Shown: positions 39,445 through 51,242 of the stretch, one piece after another
Position numbering within the stretch: position 1 is the stretch's first letter
Layout of the letters: each line of letters begins with the position of its first letter
NCBI GenBank assembly: GCA_043744535.1
Contig: JAYTVJ010000112.1
Coordinates: 1 to 58,169 of the forward strand
Origin: Arenimonas sp.
Lineage (GTDB): Bacteria; Pseudomonadota; Gammaproteobacteria; Xanthomonadales; Xanthomonadaceae
Length of the DNA: 58,169 nucleotides
Reading direction: 5' to 3'
Notes under the pieces: model-generated
Database searches by the model: none
What the model was told of the DNA's origin: nothing
The model's input: the letters and a program-made list of their open reading frames with translations, nothing else
Position numbers and translations under genes: made by a program

Positions 39445-40197
39445 TTACTTATTACCAACGCGCGAACCGGTTGCAAAGAAATCATGCAAATCGTGTGCAA
39501 AGGTGTCAAATTTAGCGTAGGTGTTACGGTTGCTGCGATTGAAGGCGTTATATGCCAACACCGCAGGAATCGCCACGAACAAACCGAAGGCGGTCATGAT
39601 CAAGGCTTCACCCACTGGGCCAGCAACAGCTTCAATAGATGCCGAACCGGTTGCGCTGATGCGGATAAGTGCGTGGTAAATACCCCACACAGTGCCCAAC
39701 AAACCAACGAATGGAGCGGTTGCACCAACAGTTGCAAGCCAGGTTAAGCCATTTTCCATGTTTGCGCTTTCACGTGTTACTGCTTGACGCAAGGCACGAT
39801 CAACGAACTCAGATTTGCTAAGTGATTGCGCCAAGGCATTGCCTTCTTGGTGCGATGCGGCATCGATGCTGTCGAGTGCAATTTTAGAAAAGGGCTCGCT
39901 GACTTTTTGCTCTTCCAAAAATTGCTTGGCTTCGCGCGGATTTTTAATTGACCAGAAGGTTTCAACCACGCGATCGGCGTTAGAGGAAATACGTCCGTTA
40001 TTGATTGCATTGACTACGGTATACCACCATGAGCCAATAGACATAATGACGAGGGTGACAAACACCACCATACCCACGATGTCGAAGTTTTGAACCATGT
40101 GACTGAAACCCATTTGCTGCAGGGCTTCAGCGTTATTGGACGATCCGCCCGCAGCGGGTGCGGCGGCAGTAGCGGTTAAAATAAGGTCCTGCAACAT
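39445..40197 (-). CDS. exbB: MotA/TolQ/ExbB proton channel protein
   Basis: LATVGATAPFVGLLGTVWGI and VAGPVGEALIMTAFGLFVAIPAV. Sits between tonB and exbD. Confidence 0.93.
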   Translation of the reverse strand: MLQDLILTATAAAPAAGGSSNNAEALQQMGFSHMVQNFDIVGMVVFVTLVIMSIGSWWYTVVNAINNGRISSNADRVVETFWSIKNPREAKQFLEEQKVSEPFSKIALDSIDAASHQEGNALAQSLSKSEFVDRALRQAVTRESANMENGLTWLATVGATAPFVGLLGTVWGIYHALIRISATGSASIEAVAGPVGEALIMTAFGLFVAIPAVLAYNAFNRSNRNTYAKFDTFAHDLHDFFATGSRVGNK

Positions 40198-40260
40198 AAG
40201 AAATACCTTTATAAGTTAGTTAAAGAAGTTTAAAACAAAATTGAATCTATAAAAAAACGC

Positions 40261-40929
40261 TTAACAGCCATCCGGTTTTGTAAAGTTGAACTCAACAATG
40301 GTTCTGCCACCAACTAATTGGCCATTTTTCTTACCCGGGTTAATTTTCCACTTACGAATCGCTGTGACTGCTGAGCGGTCTAAATCACGATTCCGAGTGC
40401 TTTTATTAACGCTGGCGTCTGTTACCGTGCCATTTTCGTCATAGGTAACCATTACAGCCACTAATCCACTAGCACAAACACGCGATGCTGCTACCGGATA
40501 TTGCGGAATGTACCGACTACGCGAACTTGCGTCAACATCGCCACCGGAGAAATCTGACGGGGCTGAAGCAGGCGGTGCTGGCGGCGATGGCGGTGGTGCT
40601 GGTGTATCCACTGGGCCTGGTGTGTCGTAGGTGATTGGTGGATCTGGCGGCGGCGGCTGATTTTTCTGCGGCGTCGTCTGAATCACCAATTTTTTCAGAT
40701 CCTTTGGAGGATCTGGTGGTGGCGGTGGTGGTGGCGGTGGTGGCGGTGGTGGTTCAGCAAAGGAAACCAAGGTGATTTCTTCATCGCCTTTTTTGGAGTC
40801 TGGGCCAGCAACTGGTGCCATTAGCATCATAAAAATCAGCACATGCACCGCTATAGCTGCCGAGTTGGCGGCTACACGTGGCCAGCTGAATTTACGTTGC
40901 TGTTCGTATCTTGTTTTCAAATCCGTCAT
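40261..40929 (-). CDS. tonB: Energy transducer TonB
   Basis: His-containing TM anchor, 13-Pro run (40714..40752), PQYP, RDLDRSA..AIRKW. Confidence 0.92.
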   Translation of the reverse strand: MTDLKTRYEQQRKFSWPRVAANSAAIAVHVLIFMMLMAPVAGPDSKKGDEEITLVSFAEPPPPPPPPPPPPPDPPKDLKKLVIQTTPQKNQPPPPDPPITYDTPGPVDTPAPPPSPPAPPASAPSDFSGGDVDASSRSRYIPQYPVAASRVCASGLVAVMVTYDENGTVTDASVNKSTRNRDLDRSAVTAIRKWKINPGKKNGQLVGGRTIVEFNFTKPDGC

Positions 40930-41035
40930 GTGGCGGCGGCTCTGCTAATTAATGTTCAATGACGCTTTTGCGCCGTGACCCACAATGAAGTGGGAACCTA
41001 GAAGTTTACAACAATTTTCCACTGGCTGCCAAGTG

Positions 41036-42391
41036 TTACTTAACGCCAGCTTCTTTAAGCAATTTTGCCGCTTGTGACTTAGACTCAGGATACTTACTTG
41101 CTTCACGCAAGGCCGCTATCATGGCAGTTTTATTATCTAAACCAAACTCGGATTCCGCTTCTGCAATACGCAGATAGGCATCGCCTTTATTTTCAATGCC
41201 TTTGCTGATGGCTTGCTGGGCGGCTGCCTTAGATTCAGCATAGCGGCTTTCTTCGCCTAACACTTGTGCCAACAGCAGATTCTGGTCGCCTTTACTCGAC
41301 ATTTCAGCGCCTTTTTTCCAAGCCTCAATGGCGCCTTTGCTGTCATTGCTATAATAGTAAGATTGTCCAAGAATGCTGTATACCGACTCATCCGGCTTAA
41401 TAATACCCTTCGCTATGCCATCATTAATGATTTTAATGGCCTGCGCTTCTTTCCCGTTCACATAAGAATACGATACATAACCCGCTTCGTATTCATTAAG
41501 CTGGGTAATTTGACCCTTTGCATACAGTTCATCAAAAATTTTTGCGGCTTTTTCATACTGCTTAGCGTTAGCAAGAACTAACAATTGTTTAACTTGGCCA
41601 GATTTGTCATTAGGATCTGCACTAACTGCCGATTTAGATACCTCATCAGCAATTTTATTGGCTTCGGCTTTTTTACCCGTTTTGGTATAGGAGTCCATCA
41701 ACATAATGGCGATGTTTGGGTCTGCTCCTTTATCGACGGCATAGACTTCTTTCAAGGCCACAATAGCTTCTGGATACTTACCAAGACGATAATTGGCATT
41801 TCCTTTGTTCTTGGTAACAATCAAATCGTCGCTTACGCCCGTTTCGGTTGAGAAACGATTGAGATACTCTAAAGCTTCTGGGTATTTTTTAGCGTTTATT
41901 TTCAGCAAGCCCACATTACGCATAAGATCAAAATGCTTGTTGTTGCTTAGCCCGCCTTGTTTTACAGCGGCTTCCGCATACTGAGACATTAAAGCGTAGT
42001 TGCTAGAATCAAGTGTAATTTGGGCGATATATTTTTGAAAGTAGGCTTCCGATTTTTCTTCATTACTGGCATTTTCTTGCGCAATCACATTATCGGCGGC
42101 GGCCAATAATGTGTTTGGATCTTTTGCGTTAGATGCTTTAACTAAAGCGTCCCACTCTTTTTTAATTTTTGTTTTTGCGAGCACGGGATCAACACGCGTT
42201 GCATTCGGGTATTTCTGCACAACAAGCGCGGCTTTCGCCTCTTCGCACGGCACTTCTTTAATGCCGTCGCTTGAATAGCATTTTTCTGCTTTGAAACGAT
42301 CGCGCGTGGATGATGCCGCGCTAGTGGGGTTGTTGTATGCACCAATAACCAATGCAAACGCTAACAAGCCAAAAACAGGTGTCTTATTCAT
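41036..42391 (-). CDS. Exported tetratricopeptide-repeat protein
   Basis: Signal peptide and repeated TPR-like helices (KGNANYRLGKYPEAI, ILGQSYYYSNDSKGAI). Directly upstream of tonB. Confidence 0.8.
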   Translation of the reverse strand: MNKTPVFGLLAFALVIGAYNNPTSAASSTRDRFKAEKCYSSDGIKEVPCEEAKAALVVQKYPNATRVDPVLAKTKIKKEWDALVKASNAKDPNTLLAAADNVIAQENASNEEKSEAYFQKYIAQITLDSSNYALMSQYAEAAVKQGGLSNNKHFDLMRNVGLLKINAKKYPEALEYLNRFSTETGVSDDLIVTKNKGNANYRLGKYPEAIVALKEVYAVDKGADPNIAIMLMDSYTKTGKKAEANKIADEVSKSAVSADPNDKSGQVKQLLVLANAKQYEKAAKIFDELYAKGQITQLNEYEAGYVSYSYVNGKEAQAIKIINDGIAKGIIKPDESVYSILGQSYYYSNDSKGAIEAWKKGAEMSSKGDQNLLLAQVLGEESRYAESKAAAQQAISKGIENKGDAYLRIAEAESEFGLDNKTAMIAALREASKYPESKSQAAKLLKEAGVK

Positions 42392-42488
42392 GTCAATCCA
42401 AAACTCATAACCAGGTTAATAGAGTAAAGCCTCTAACCAATAAGCTCAAGTGCTTTGCTGTTACCGCAAAGCATTCGTTCATAATGGC

Positions 42489-44975
<2,487 letters not shown>

Positions 44976-45028
44976 TTATTTATAAATAAACACACTCTAA
45001 TGATTATACACTAAAACCCTCGAAAGTC

Positions 45029-46120
45029 CTATAGGGCTGGCGGATCGCAGAGTTGCCCATGTTTCACGTGAAACACTTTAAGTGCATGAAAGCTTGATGC
45101 ATAAAGCGGCAAGTTTTCTGTACCGGTAATCCAAATCTGCGCATCGGTGCTGGCCAGCAGATTAAGCACGGCACAAAAATGCGACTGATCCAATTCCGAC
45201 GCTAAATCGTCAAAACAAAGAATAGGCCAAAAGCCTTTTTTGTGAACAAAATGTTGCGCTTGGGCTAGCAAACACGCAAGGGCTAGTAATTTGGCTTGGC
45301 CACGGGAAAAATGCTCTTTATTCAAGATTGAATCAAAACTGGCCTGCCAATCGGCTCGATGTGGACCAATATTGCAAAAACCGGTGTGTATGTCGCGATC
45401 TCGACTTAAACGCAGGGCATCTTGTAAGCTGATTTGTTGTTCTTTCCAGCCCGCATGGTACGTAAGTTGCAATTCGCCGCATTCCGGTAAAAATGTTTTA
45501 CTTAAGATTTGTAGTGGAGCGTCTACTTGCTGAAGGTATTTTTTGCGGAAAAAGTTGATTTGCTCGCCGGCGTCTGCAAATTCACTGTCCCAGGCGTCCA
45601 GTGCTTGGCCAGTGGGTTGTGTTTTTAGAAGTGCGTTCCGTTGTTTAAGCGCGCGGTTAAAGCGCCGCCATTGCGGGTAGAAATTCGGTTCCACGTGAAA
45701 CAAAGCCCAATCTATAAATCGCCGACGCACGTCTGCACTGCCGCTGATGAGTTCGTGGCTACCAGGCTCAAAGGTAAGGATGGGGAAATATTCGCAGAAT
45801 TGCCCCAAACTGGCAATTTCTTCGCCATTGATGCGAGCTTGCCACTGCGTACCGCTGTGTTGAAACCCTGCCTGTTGAGCGCTTTGTTGTTGATTAAGCC
45901 AGCGCACCATGATTTGCAGTGTATCGGTGCTATTTTTAATTAATCCTTCACGAATACGCCCGCGAAAACTCCGGCCATAGCCAAGAATATGAATCGCTTC
46001 AAGAATACTGGTTTTACCGGCACCATTTTCGCCCAGTAAAAGATTAACGCCCGAAATGGGCGTTAAGGAAAACTCGGAAAAACAACGCAGGTTTTGGCCC
46101 TGCAGATGCGTCAGTACCAT
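45029..46120 (-). CDS. recF: DNA replication/repair protein RecF
   Basis: GENGAGKTS, GRSFR, RRRFIDW, GPHRAD, SRGQ, DDLASELD. Confidence 0.95.
   Translation of the reverse strand: MVLTHLQGQNLRCFSEFSLTPISGVNLLLGENGAGKTSILEAIHILGYGRSFRGRIREGLIKNSTDTLQIMVRWLNQQQSAQQAGFQHSGTQWQARINGEEIASLGQFCEYFPILTFEPGSHELISGSADVRRRFIDWALFHVEPNFYPQWRRFNRALKQRNALLKTQPTGQALDAWDSEFADAGEQINFFRKKYLQQVDAPLQILSKTFLPECGELQLTYHAGWKEQQISLQDALRLSRDRDIHTGFCNIGPHRADWQASFDSILNKEHFSRGQAKLLALACLLAQAQHFVHKKGFWPILCFDDLASELDQSHFCAVLNLLASTDAQIWITGTENLPLYASSFHALKVFHVKHGQLCDPPAL
45060..45075. promoter_or_regulatory. parS centromere-like site (perfect) inside recF
   Basis: TGTTTCACGTGAAACA, the exact 16-bp palindromic consensus. Confidence 0.9.
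45687..45702. promoter_or_regulatory. Second parS site inside recF
   Basis: GGTTCCACGTGAAACA, one mismatch from TGTTNCACGTGAAACA. Confidence 0.75.
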
Positions 46121-47220
46121 TACAAACGCAGTGGCATAACAACATGACGGCTACGCTCGTGGCTGGCTTCGCGCACTAACGCGGATGAGTTGCCGTCACG
46201 CAGCTTAATCAATACCGTCTCTTCTCGAAGTGCGGAAAGCGCTTCTAAGAGATAATTGACGTTAAAGCCAATACTGATGCCCTCAATGCTGGATTCAACT
46301 TCAATTTCTTCTTGCGCTTCTTCTTGCTCAGGGTTGTGGGCCACAATATTGAGTACACCTGGGTTTATGTCCAGTTTTACGCCCTTGAACTTCTCATTCG
46401 ACAAAATCGCTGCGCGCTGCAAGGCATTACGTAACAGCTCGCGATTTACACGCACTTCTTTATCGGCGCCAATCGGAATAACCGCTTCGTAATCAGGAAA
46501 TTTACCTTCAATCAATTTGGTGGTGAAAGTCACATCGGTGCGATTGATGCGTAAGTGATTATTGCCTACTTCCAATTCGATATCGCCATCACCGTCTTCA
46601 AGCAAGCGCTGCAATTCTAAAACACCCTTGCGCGGCAAGATGATTTGCTTACGGTTTTCCACTATTTCATTTAATTCTGTTTCACAAAGCGCCAAACGAT
46701 GTCCATCCGTTGATACACAACGAAGAATTTTGTCTTTTAAATCAAAGAGTAATCCGTTTAAATAATACCGTACATCTTGTTGCGCCATAGCAAAAGCGGT
46801 GCGTTCAATCAATTCCTTTAAAGCCGCTTCCGGAACACGAATGCGTTCCATAATGGCTAATTGATCGTTTTCAGGGAAATCTTTGGCTGGTAAAGTGGCC
46901 AAGGTATAGCGGCTTTTTCCGGTTTGAATGGTGGCTTTATCACCAGCATGGCTGATAGTGATTTTGCTGCCATCTGGCAATGCCCGCACAATATCAAACA
47001 GTTTGCGCGCTGGAATGGTGACTTCACCATCTTGGGCATTTTCAACTGCCGTTCTTGAGGTAAGTTCAACTTCAAGATCGGTGCCTTTTAAAGACAGCTG
47101 ACCGTTTTCTACCTGTACCAATAAATTACTTAACACCGGCAAGGTTTGACGCCGCTCTACAACGTTGACAACTTGTTGCAAGGGTTTTAAAAAAGCTTCG
47201 CGTGATAGGCTAAATCGCAT
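46120..47220 (-). CDS. dnaN: DNA polymerase III beta clamp
   Basis: VERRQTLPVLSN, GTDLEVE, QQDVRYYLNG, TDGHRL, GKFPDY, VVMPLRL. Confidence 0.97.
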   Translation of the reverse strand: MRFSLSREAFLKPLQQVVNVVERRQTLPVLSNLLVQVENGQLSLKGTDLEVELTSRTAVENAQDGEVTIPARKLFDIVRALPDGSKITISHAGDKATIQTGKSRYTLATLPAKDFPENDQLAIMERIRVPEAALKELIERTAFAMAQQDVRYYLNGLLFDLKDKILRCVSTDGHRLALCETELNEIVENRKQIILPRKGVLELQRLLEDGDGDIELEVGNNHLRINRTDVTFTTKLIEGKFPDYEAVIPIGADKEVRVNRELLRNALQRAAILSNEKFKGVKLDINPGVLNIVAHNPEQEEAQEEIEVESSIEGISIGFNVNYLLEALSALREETVLIKLRDGNSSALVREASHERSRHVVMPLRL

Positions 47221-47432
47221 AGTGTGTTTTTCCAAGTACTATTTAATTATTAATATAGGTGGTGGTGGTAGTGTTGCTAAATTCATGGGATAAGCTATAT
47301 AAATTATTGATATTGTTGATATTAATTAACTAATAAGGCGTGTGGTAGAGCCACTAATTTCTTGTGTATAGGGTGTGGATAAATTTTAACTCAAAAACTA
47401 AACCACAGCTTATCCACAATTCATACCCACGT
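47221..47432. other. Probable replication origin oriC (dnaA-dnaN intergenic region)
   Basis: Perfect DnaA boxes TGTGGATAA (47374..47382) and TTATCCACA (47410..47418). Near-boxes at 47363, 47285 and 47399. AT-rich tracts at 47237..47257 and about 47296..47336. parS sites about 1.5-2 kb away. Confidence 0.85.
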
Positions 47433-48752
47433 TTATTCGGTTAATTTACGCACTAATTTATCCCAATCCTCCCTAATTTTTGCATCCGAATTGCGAAGCT
47501 CTTGGATTTTGCGACAACCATGCAAAACGGTGGTGTGATCGCGATCACCAAAGGCAAAACCAATTTCGGGCAAGCTATGCTCGGTTAATTCTTTTGCCAG
47601 AGCCATGGCCATCTGCCGAGGGCGTGCAATTGAACGCGTCCGCTTAGCAGAGGTTAAATCTTTCAAAAGTAACTGGTAGTAGTCTGCCACGGTTTTCATG
47701 ATATTGCTTAAAGAAATTACCGAAGCCTGTGCCCGCATTAAATCGCGTAAGGTTTCTTGTGCAAATTCTAGGCTGATCGCGCGGCCAGTGAAGTTTGCAC
47801 GCGCGGCTAAGGTGTTTAGTGCGCCCTCAAGATCACGCACACTGGAGTGTAAGCGTTTGGCAATTTGCCAGGCCACATCGGCTGGCAAATCTATGCCGCG
47901 CCGCTGTGCTTTGTCGAGCAAAATGGTGGCGCGGGTTTCATCGTCTGGTGGTTCAAGCACCGCCGACAAACCCCAGCCTAAACGGGATTTTAAGCGCGGT
48001 TCAAGGTTTTCAACTTCGCGCGGATAGCGATCGCAGGTTAAGATAATTTGTTGTTTGCCATCCACTAAGGTGTTGAATGTATGGAAAAACTCTTCTTGGG
48101 TGGTATTTTTCCCCGCAAAAAACTGAATGTCATCGATTAATAAGGCATCCACTTGCTGAAATTGTTTTTTGAATTGGGCCATGTTTTTTTCAGTCAAGGC
48201 GCGCATCATGGTGTTGAAAAACTGTTCGGAACGCAGATACAGCACACGCATACCCGGGTTGTGCGCGCGCATATAGTTGCCAGCTGCATACATCAAATGA
48301 GTTTTGCCCAAGCCTGTGCTGCCGTACAACAACAACGGGTTATAGGCTTTACCCGGACTTTTAGCCACTTGCAAAGCAGACGCATGTGCGATTTGATTGC
48401 ATTTGCCCACCACAAAATTTTCGAACGTGTAATGCGGGTCAACATTGCCCACAAAATCGTTATCAATCGGCTTCTTTTTGCTCACCGCCGCCGATTTGCT
48501 GGCGGTGTCTGGTTTTTGGCTAGAACCCACCCGAATGCTGACATTTAGCGCGTGTCCGGCAAAATGCGTTGCTAATTCCTGAATTCTTGCCAAATACAGG
48601 GTTTGCACCTGCTCAACAACGAAAGCATTGGGGGCGTATAACTGCAATTCATCACCGTGGCGTCCGGCTTGCAGCGGTTTCAGCCAGGTGTGTACATCAT
48701 CAGTGGGAAATTCTTGCTCTAAGCGCTGTAAGCATTGGGGCCAAACATTCAT
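47433..48752 (-). CDS. dnaA: Chromosomal replication initiator
   Basis: [58 protein letters not shown]. Confidence 0.98.
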   Translation of the reverse strand: MNVWPQCLQRLEQEFPTDDVHTWLKPLQAGRHGDELQLYAPNAFVVEQVQTLYLARIQELATHFAGHALNVSIRVGSSQKPDTASKSAAVSKKKPIDNDFVGNVDPHYTFENFVVGKCNQIAHASALQVAKSPGKAYNPLLLYGSTGLGKTHLMYAAGNYMRAHNPGMRVLYLRSEQFFNTMMRALTEKNMAQFKKQFQQVDALLIDDIQFFAGKNTTQEEFFHTFNTLVDGKQQIILTCDRYPREVENLEPRLKSRLGWGLSAVLEPPDDETRATILLDKAQRRGIDLPADVAWQIAKRLHSSVRDLEGALNTLAARANFTGRAISLEFAQETLRDLMRAQASVISLSNIMKTVADYYQLLLKDLTSAKRTRSIARPRQMAMALAKELTEHSLPEIGFAFGDRDHTTVLHGCRKIQELRNSDAKIREDWDKLVRKLTE

Positions 48753-48768
48753 GTTGCGTTAAATCTTC

Positions 48769-48777
48769 TGTGGATAA
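48769..48777. promoter_or_regulatory. DnaA box in the dnaA leader (autoregulation)
   Basis: TGTGGATAA, 16 nt upstream of the dnaA ATG. Confidence 0.75.
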
Positions 48778-48834
48778 CTCAATCGGAAGCTTCAGTCTAG
48801 CCCTTGTTGCCAGTTCTGCCAAGCCGTATTTCAC

Positions 48835-48864
48835 TTGACGGCAAGTTGCGTTATCCGCTATAAT
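48835..48864 (+). promoter_or_regulatory. Sigma70 promoter for the rpmH operon
   Basis: TTGACG-N18-TATAAT. Confidence 0.75.
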
Positions 48865-48902
48865 TTCCAGTTCACAATATCCACCCAATTTGAGGTGCCA
48901 TC

Positions 48903-49043
48903 ATGGCAACCAAACGCACATACCAACCTAGCAATCTGAAACGTAAACGTGACCACGGTTTCCGTTCGCGCATGAAAACAGCTGACGGCCGTAAAATTTT
49001 GGCCCGTCGCCGTGCGAAAGGCCGTTCACGTCTTTGCGTCTAA
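48903..49043 (+). CDS. rpmH: 50S ribosomal protein L34, absent from the ORF track
   Basis: [53 protein letters not shown]. Confidence 0.98.
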   Translation: MATKRTYQPSNLKRKRDHGFRSRMKTADGRKILARRRAKGRSRLCV

Positions 49044-49044
49044 T

Positions 49045-49067
49045 TCAGCATGCCTTCGGGCTGCTGA
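49045..49067 (+). promoter_or_regulatory. Stem-loop with a C(UUCG)G tetraloop between rpmH and rnpA
   Basis: TCAGCA-T-GCC-TTCG-GGC-TGCTGA, with no U tract. Confidence 0.5.
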
Positions 49068-49073
49068 TTGGCA

Positions 49074-49439
49074 ATGCTAACCCCATCGCCGCAACGTTTT
49101 CCTAAAACCGCACGCTTAACAGCAGCGCCTGAGTTTCAAGCCGTGTTCAAAAATGGCTTGAAACGCTCAGGTGTTTTTTTTCGGCTGTATTATCTGGCCG
49201 ATCCCGCGTTAAACCAGCCCCGATTAGGCTTGGCGGTGCCCAAAAAAATGGCACCGTTAGCTGTTACCCGTAATCGCATTAAACGCATTTGCCGTGAAAC
49301 GTTTCGACAACTGGACATGCCAGCAGACGGCGATTTTGTGCTGGTGGCACAAGCCAAAGCAAAAACCGCCAGCAACGAGCAGTTGCGCACCGAAGTTCGC
49401 GTCCTGCTTTCGCAAATTTGTACGCCAAGCGCGCAATAA
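49074..49439 (+). CDS. rnpA: Ribonuclease P protein component
   Basis: FPKTARL, PRLGLAVPKK, AVTRNRIKR (RNR motif), DFVLVA. Alternative TTG start at 49068. Confidence 0.95.
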   Translation: MLTPSPQRFPKTARLTAAPEFQAVFKNGLKRSGVFFRLYYLADPALNQPRLGLAVPKKMAPLAVTRNRIKRICRETFRQLDMPADGDFVLVAQAKAKTASNEQLRTEVRVLLSQICTPSAQ

Positions 49440-49513
49440 AATACGCGCAACTGCCTTAAACACAGTAAAATTGTGCTCTTGCCTCGGCCCGCTCTGTATT
49501 TAAAGACCAACTC

Positions 49514-51229
49514 ATGAACCAAACCCGTACCTTTTTGTTGATTGCTTGGGCCGCTGTGGCCTTTTTATTATTCCAACAATGGCAAGCGCCAAGCCAGCTA
49601 GCTAGCAACGCACCAGCCGCCGCCATGGTGGCGCCTGGCCAGCCACAAAGCAGCAGCTCGTCTTTACCAAGCCTACCGAATTCACCAACCACACCAACCG
49701 TTGCCGCTTTGCCAACCGGCACCAGCGTGGCCTCTCAGTTAATTGAGATTCGCACCGATGTATTGCATTTGAGCATTGATTTAAAAGGCGCCAGCATTGT
49801 CGGCTCAGAATTGCTAACCTATCCACTCGAGAAGAAAGCCGGGAGCCCGAATGTCTTGCTCCTTGACACCAAAGCCCAGGATTATTTTGTCGCGCAATCG
49901 GGTTGGTTAACCAAAACCGGCCAAAATGCACCCACCCATGAAGCGATGTTTCAAACCGCCGACGGGAAAAATAGCTACACATTAGCCGATGGCCAAGACA
50001 GCATTGCGGTGCCCTTTGTTTGGCTTGATCCTGCCAGTGGCGTGCGCTTAACCAAAACACTGATTTTGACGCGTGGCAGTTTTGCCATCAAACAAAAGCA
50101 AGAGCTGCAAAACACCGGCGCAGCCGCGTGGGTGGGTTATGCCTATGAACAATTGAAACGCATTGCGCCGCCACCACCACCCAGACACGCTGGCTTCACC
50201 AATCCTGAGTCGTTTAGTTTTGTTGGCGCGGCCTGGTATAGCAACGAAGACAAATACGAAAAAGTAAAATTTGCTAAATGGACCAATAGCGACGGCGTGA
50301 TTCAAAGCCCGAACAAGCAGGTTAAAGATGGTTGGTTCGGCATGTTGCAGCACCATTTCGTGACTGTTTGGTTGCCGAGTAAGGGCGACACCCAAACCTA
50401 TTCGCTAGCCAAAGAAGGCGATCCAGCGGCGCCGTATTATATTGTGCGTGGGTTGTCGGCGGAAAGCGTGGTTGCACCTGGTGCCAGCTTAAGTCGCGAA
50501 GACCAACTCTGGCTTGGCCCGAAGGCGCAGAAAGCCATGAACGCCGTGCATCCAACCTTGGATTTAAGCGTTGATTACGGCATTTTTGCATTTCTTTCGC
50601 AGCCGCTGTTTTGGTTGTTATCGAAACTGCATGATTTGCTTGGCAACTGGGGCTGGGCCATTATTGCAATTGTGATTATTTTGAAAGCGGCCTTGTTTCC
50701 GCTATCGGCCAAACAATACCAAAGCATGGCTAAAATGCGTGCCATTCAGCCGCGCATTGAAGCCTTGAAAGAACGCTATGGCGATGACCGGCAAAAATTT
50801 GCGGTAGCGCAGATGGATTTGTACAAGAAAGAGAAAATCAATCCAGCCAGTGGCTGCTTGCCCATGCTGATTCCCATTCCTATTTTCATGGGCTTGTATT
50901 GGGTGTTGGTGGAAAGCGTTGAAATTCGCCATGCCCCGTGGATGGGCTGGATTCAAAACCTAACCGCCGCTGATCCATACTTCATTTTGCCGGTGATGAA
51001 TTTGGCCATTATGTTCCTGACTCAGAAACTAACCCCAACACCGGGCATGGATCCGATGCAGAAGAAAATGATGACCTTTATGCCCGTGATTTTCGGGGTG
51101 ATGATGGCGTTCTTCCCTTCTGGCCTGGCCTTGTATTGGGTAACCAATGGCTTGCTCGGTTTAGCGCAACAGTGGTGGATGACCAAAAAATACAGCAGCA
51201 ACGCACACCTTGTTGTGCCGCACAACTAA
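49514..51229 (+). CDS. yidC: Membrane protein insertase YidC
   Basis: N-terminal TM, periplasmic domain, VDYG, GNWGWAII, NPASGCLP, DPYFILP, GLALYW. Confidence 0.97.
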   Translation: MNQTRTFLLIAWAAVAFLLFQQWQAPSQLASNAPAAAMVAPGQPQSSSSSLPSLPNSPTTPTVAALPTGTSVASQLIEIRTDVLHLSIDLKGASIVGSELLTYPLEKKAGSPNVLLLDTKAQDYFVAQSGWLTKTGQNAPTHEAMFQTADGKNSYTLADGQDSIAVPFVWLDPASGVRLTKTLILTRGSFAIKQKQELQNTGAAAWVGYAYEQLKRIAPPPPPRHAGFTNPESFSFVGAAWYSNEDKYEKVKFAKWTNSDGVIQSPNKQVKDGWFGMLQHHFVTVWLPSKGDTQTYSLAKEGDPAAPYYIVRGLSAESVVAPGASLSREDQLWLGPKAQKAMNAVHPTLDLSVDYGIFAFLSQPLFWLLSKLHDLLGNWGWAIIAIVIILKAALFPLSAKQYQSMAKMRAIQPRIEALKERYGDDRQKFAVAQMDLYKKEKINPASGCLPMLIPIPIFMGLYWVLVESVEIRHAPWMGWIQNLTAADPYFILPVMNLAIMFLTQKLTPTPGMDPMQKKMMTFMPVIFGVMMAFFPSGLALYWVTNGLLGLAQQWWMTKKYSSNAHLVVPHN

Positions 51230-51242
51230 GTAAGCGGCGGCG

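Noticed and set aside
40714-40752. GGT/GGC repeat run, and the ATCTTT repeat at 14361..14381
   Set aside because: These are in-frame low-complexity coding (poly-Pro linker, DKDKDKD), not CRISPR or contingency repeats.
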